DNA from: Haliotis rubra
Taxonomy: Eukaryota
Direction of reading: 5' to 3'
Assembly: GCF_003918875.1 (NCBI RefSeq)
Contig: NW_025766964.1
Span: 1-64,000 of the forward strand
Length of the DNA stretch: 64,000 nucleotides
Of this stretch, positions 62,873 to 64,000 are shown piece after piece. Position 1 is the first letter of the stretch; every line of letters starts with the position of its first letter. Made by a program: the position numbers and the translations under genes. The notes beneath the pieces were generated by a model, which did not search any database, had not been told where the DNA came from, and saw only the letters and a list, made by a program, of their open reading frames with translations.

Positions 62873-63632
62873 CTATGTGGCACCGAAGTCTTATATTGGT
62901 GGGTCCATAATGAGGGGTGATAACAGTTCCAGGAACAATCACAGAAAACGCAACATTTCCAAACAGATTGTTCTTCAATAATAGGTGTGACAGTTTATGA
63001 ACTGCATTCCATGTTTTAGGGCATTGTTCTATTGCTTTTGTTGGTCTGCCTTGATCCATCAGGTGACAAATAGACCACATGCCATCTGGAGTAGAATTCA
63101 CCTTCCATAATGATTGCACAGTGTCTTCTGTGTTTGACTTCTTCATCAACTCAAAAAACTCAGCTTTAATATCATCCAAAACTTTTTCACTGAACTGCAG
63201 ACCATGGAAGTCTTCAATTTCGTGTTCATCCCACCATGGCTTGGCCTCCAAGCCAGACATCTTGAAAACACCAGGTTTCTGGTCTTCACCTTCGACTTGG
63301 GTAAATCGTTGATGCAAACTGTTTTCGATGTCTGTGCAAATCTTTAGTATGTTACTATCTCTATCTTCGGCTTTTGGTTTACCAGTATATGCCTGATATG
63401 ACAGTCGGGTTCTTGCACGCACCAAAATCTCCTTATGAGTTCGGCACCTGACACAAGAGGGTGAATGGCACTTTTCAAAACTATCATCGTTGGCTCCAGA
63501 ATTGTTTTTAATATTATCCTGTATTTCTATGAGTCTTGTTTTAAAGTAGAACTTCGATAGCAAGAAGCATACGCATGTTATAGATAACACCCATATATTT
63601 TCACAGACTGTTTCATATATCCACTCCAGCAT
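62873..63632 (-). CDS. ASPHD2: Aspartate beta-hydroxylase domain-containing protein 2-like, coding exon 1
   Basis: N-terminal TM segment, [46 protein letters not shown]; donor GTTTGT at 62872, phase 1. Confidence 0.92.
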
Positions 63633-64000
63633 GGTTAGAGCACCACTGGTACAATGTCAGATTGTCACAATGGCGAAAGATCTAGAGGTTCCACCGTTGT
63701 ATGATAATATATTTCTCAAGATATGAGTAATGCAAATTTTTGCCTGTGCATATCAATTTAATTGAAATTAGGTACAATTAGTCCTTGGTCACACGGTTCC
63801 ATATGAAAACAGTCACACAAATTTAAAGAAAAACAAACATCACCGATTCATGAGACATTTTTCTTCATTTTAAACCGGAACATACCAAGGGACGTAACTC
63901 TTCTGGAAACATTTAAAGGACGGATATGTTCTTTTCCGAAATAGGAGTTAGTAAAATTACCATTACTAAGCCGGGTTAACAAATAAATCACAAGGGCGGA

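Overview
Eukaryotic (animal) genomic DNA, AT-rich and dense in introns and repeats. The SINE families look molluscan and resemble abalone (Haliotis) repeats from memory; this is not verifiable here. There are assembly gaps (8488-9542, 22408-22572), and ~1750-8490 looks like error-rich, unpolished sequence. Three protein-coding loci are recognisable: (1) a five-exon failed-axon-connections/metaxin-like GST (FAXC) copy on + (11238-16183) with pseudogene lesions; (2) an intact two-coding-exon ADF/cofilin gene on + (43204-48758, 159 aa); (3) an ASPHD2-like 2OG/Fe(II) hydroxylase on - (63632-61015) whose last exon is locally disrupted. A fourth, unidentified minus-strand gene may start at a consensus-matching RFX X-box (40547-40560). 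The rest is mobile DNA: three SINE-type families sharing one LINE-like 3' tail, many MITEs, Tc1 and LINE relics, Penelope-like hammerhead elements, and about ten unrelated tandem arrays. The best novelty candidates are a retroposon family with no Pol III head that starts precisely at a conserved pseudoknot + hairpin (candidate ribozyme or internal promoter), and a TSD-flanked, non-coding, inverted-arm element with Penelope-type hammerhead cores. Almost all ORFs in the supplied track are spurious.
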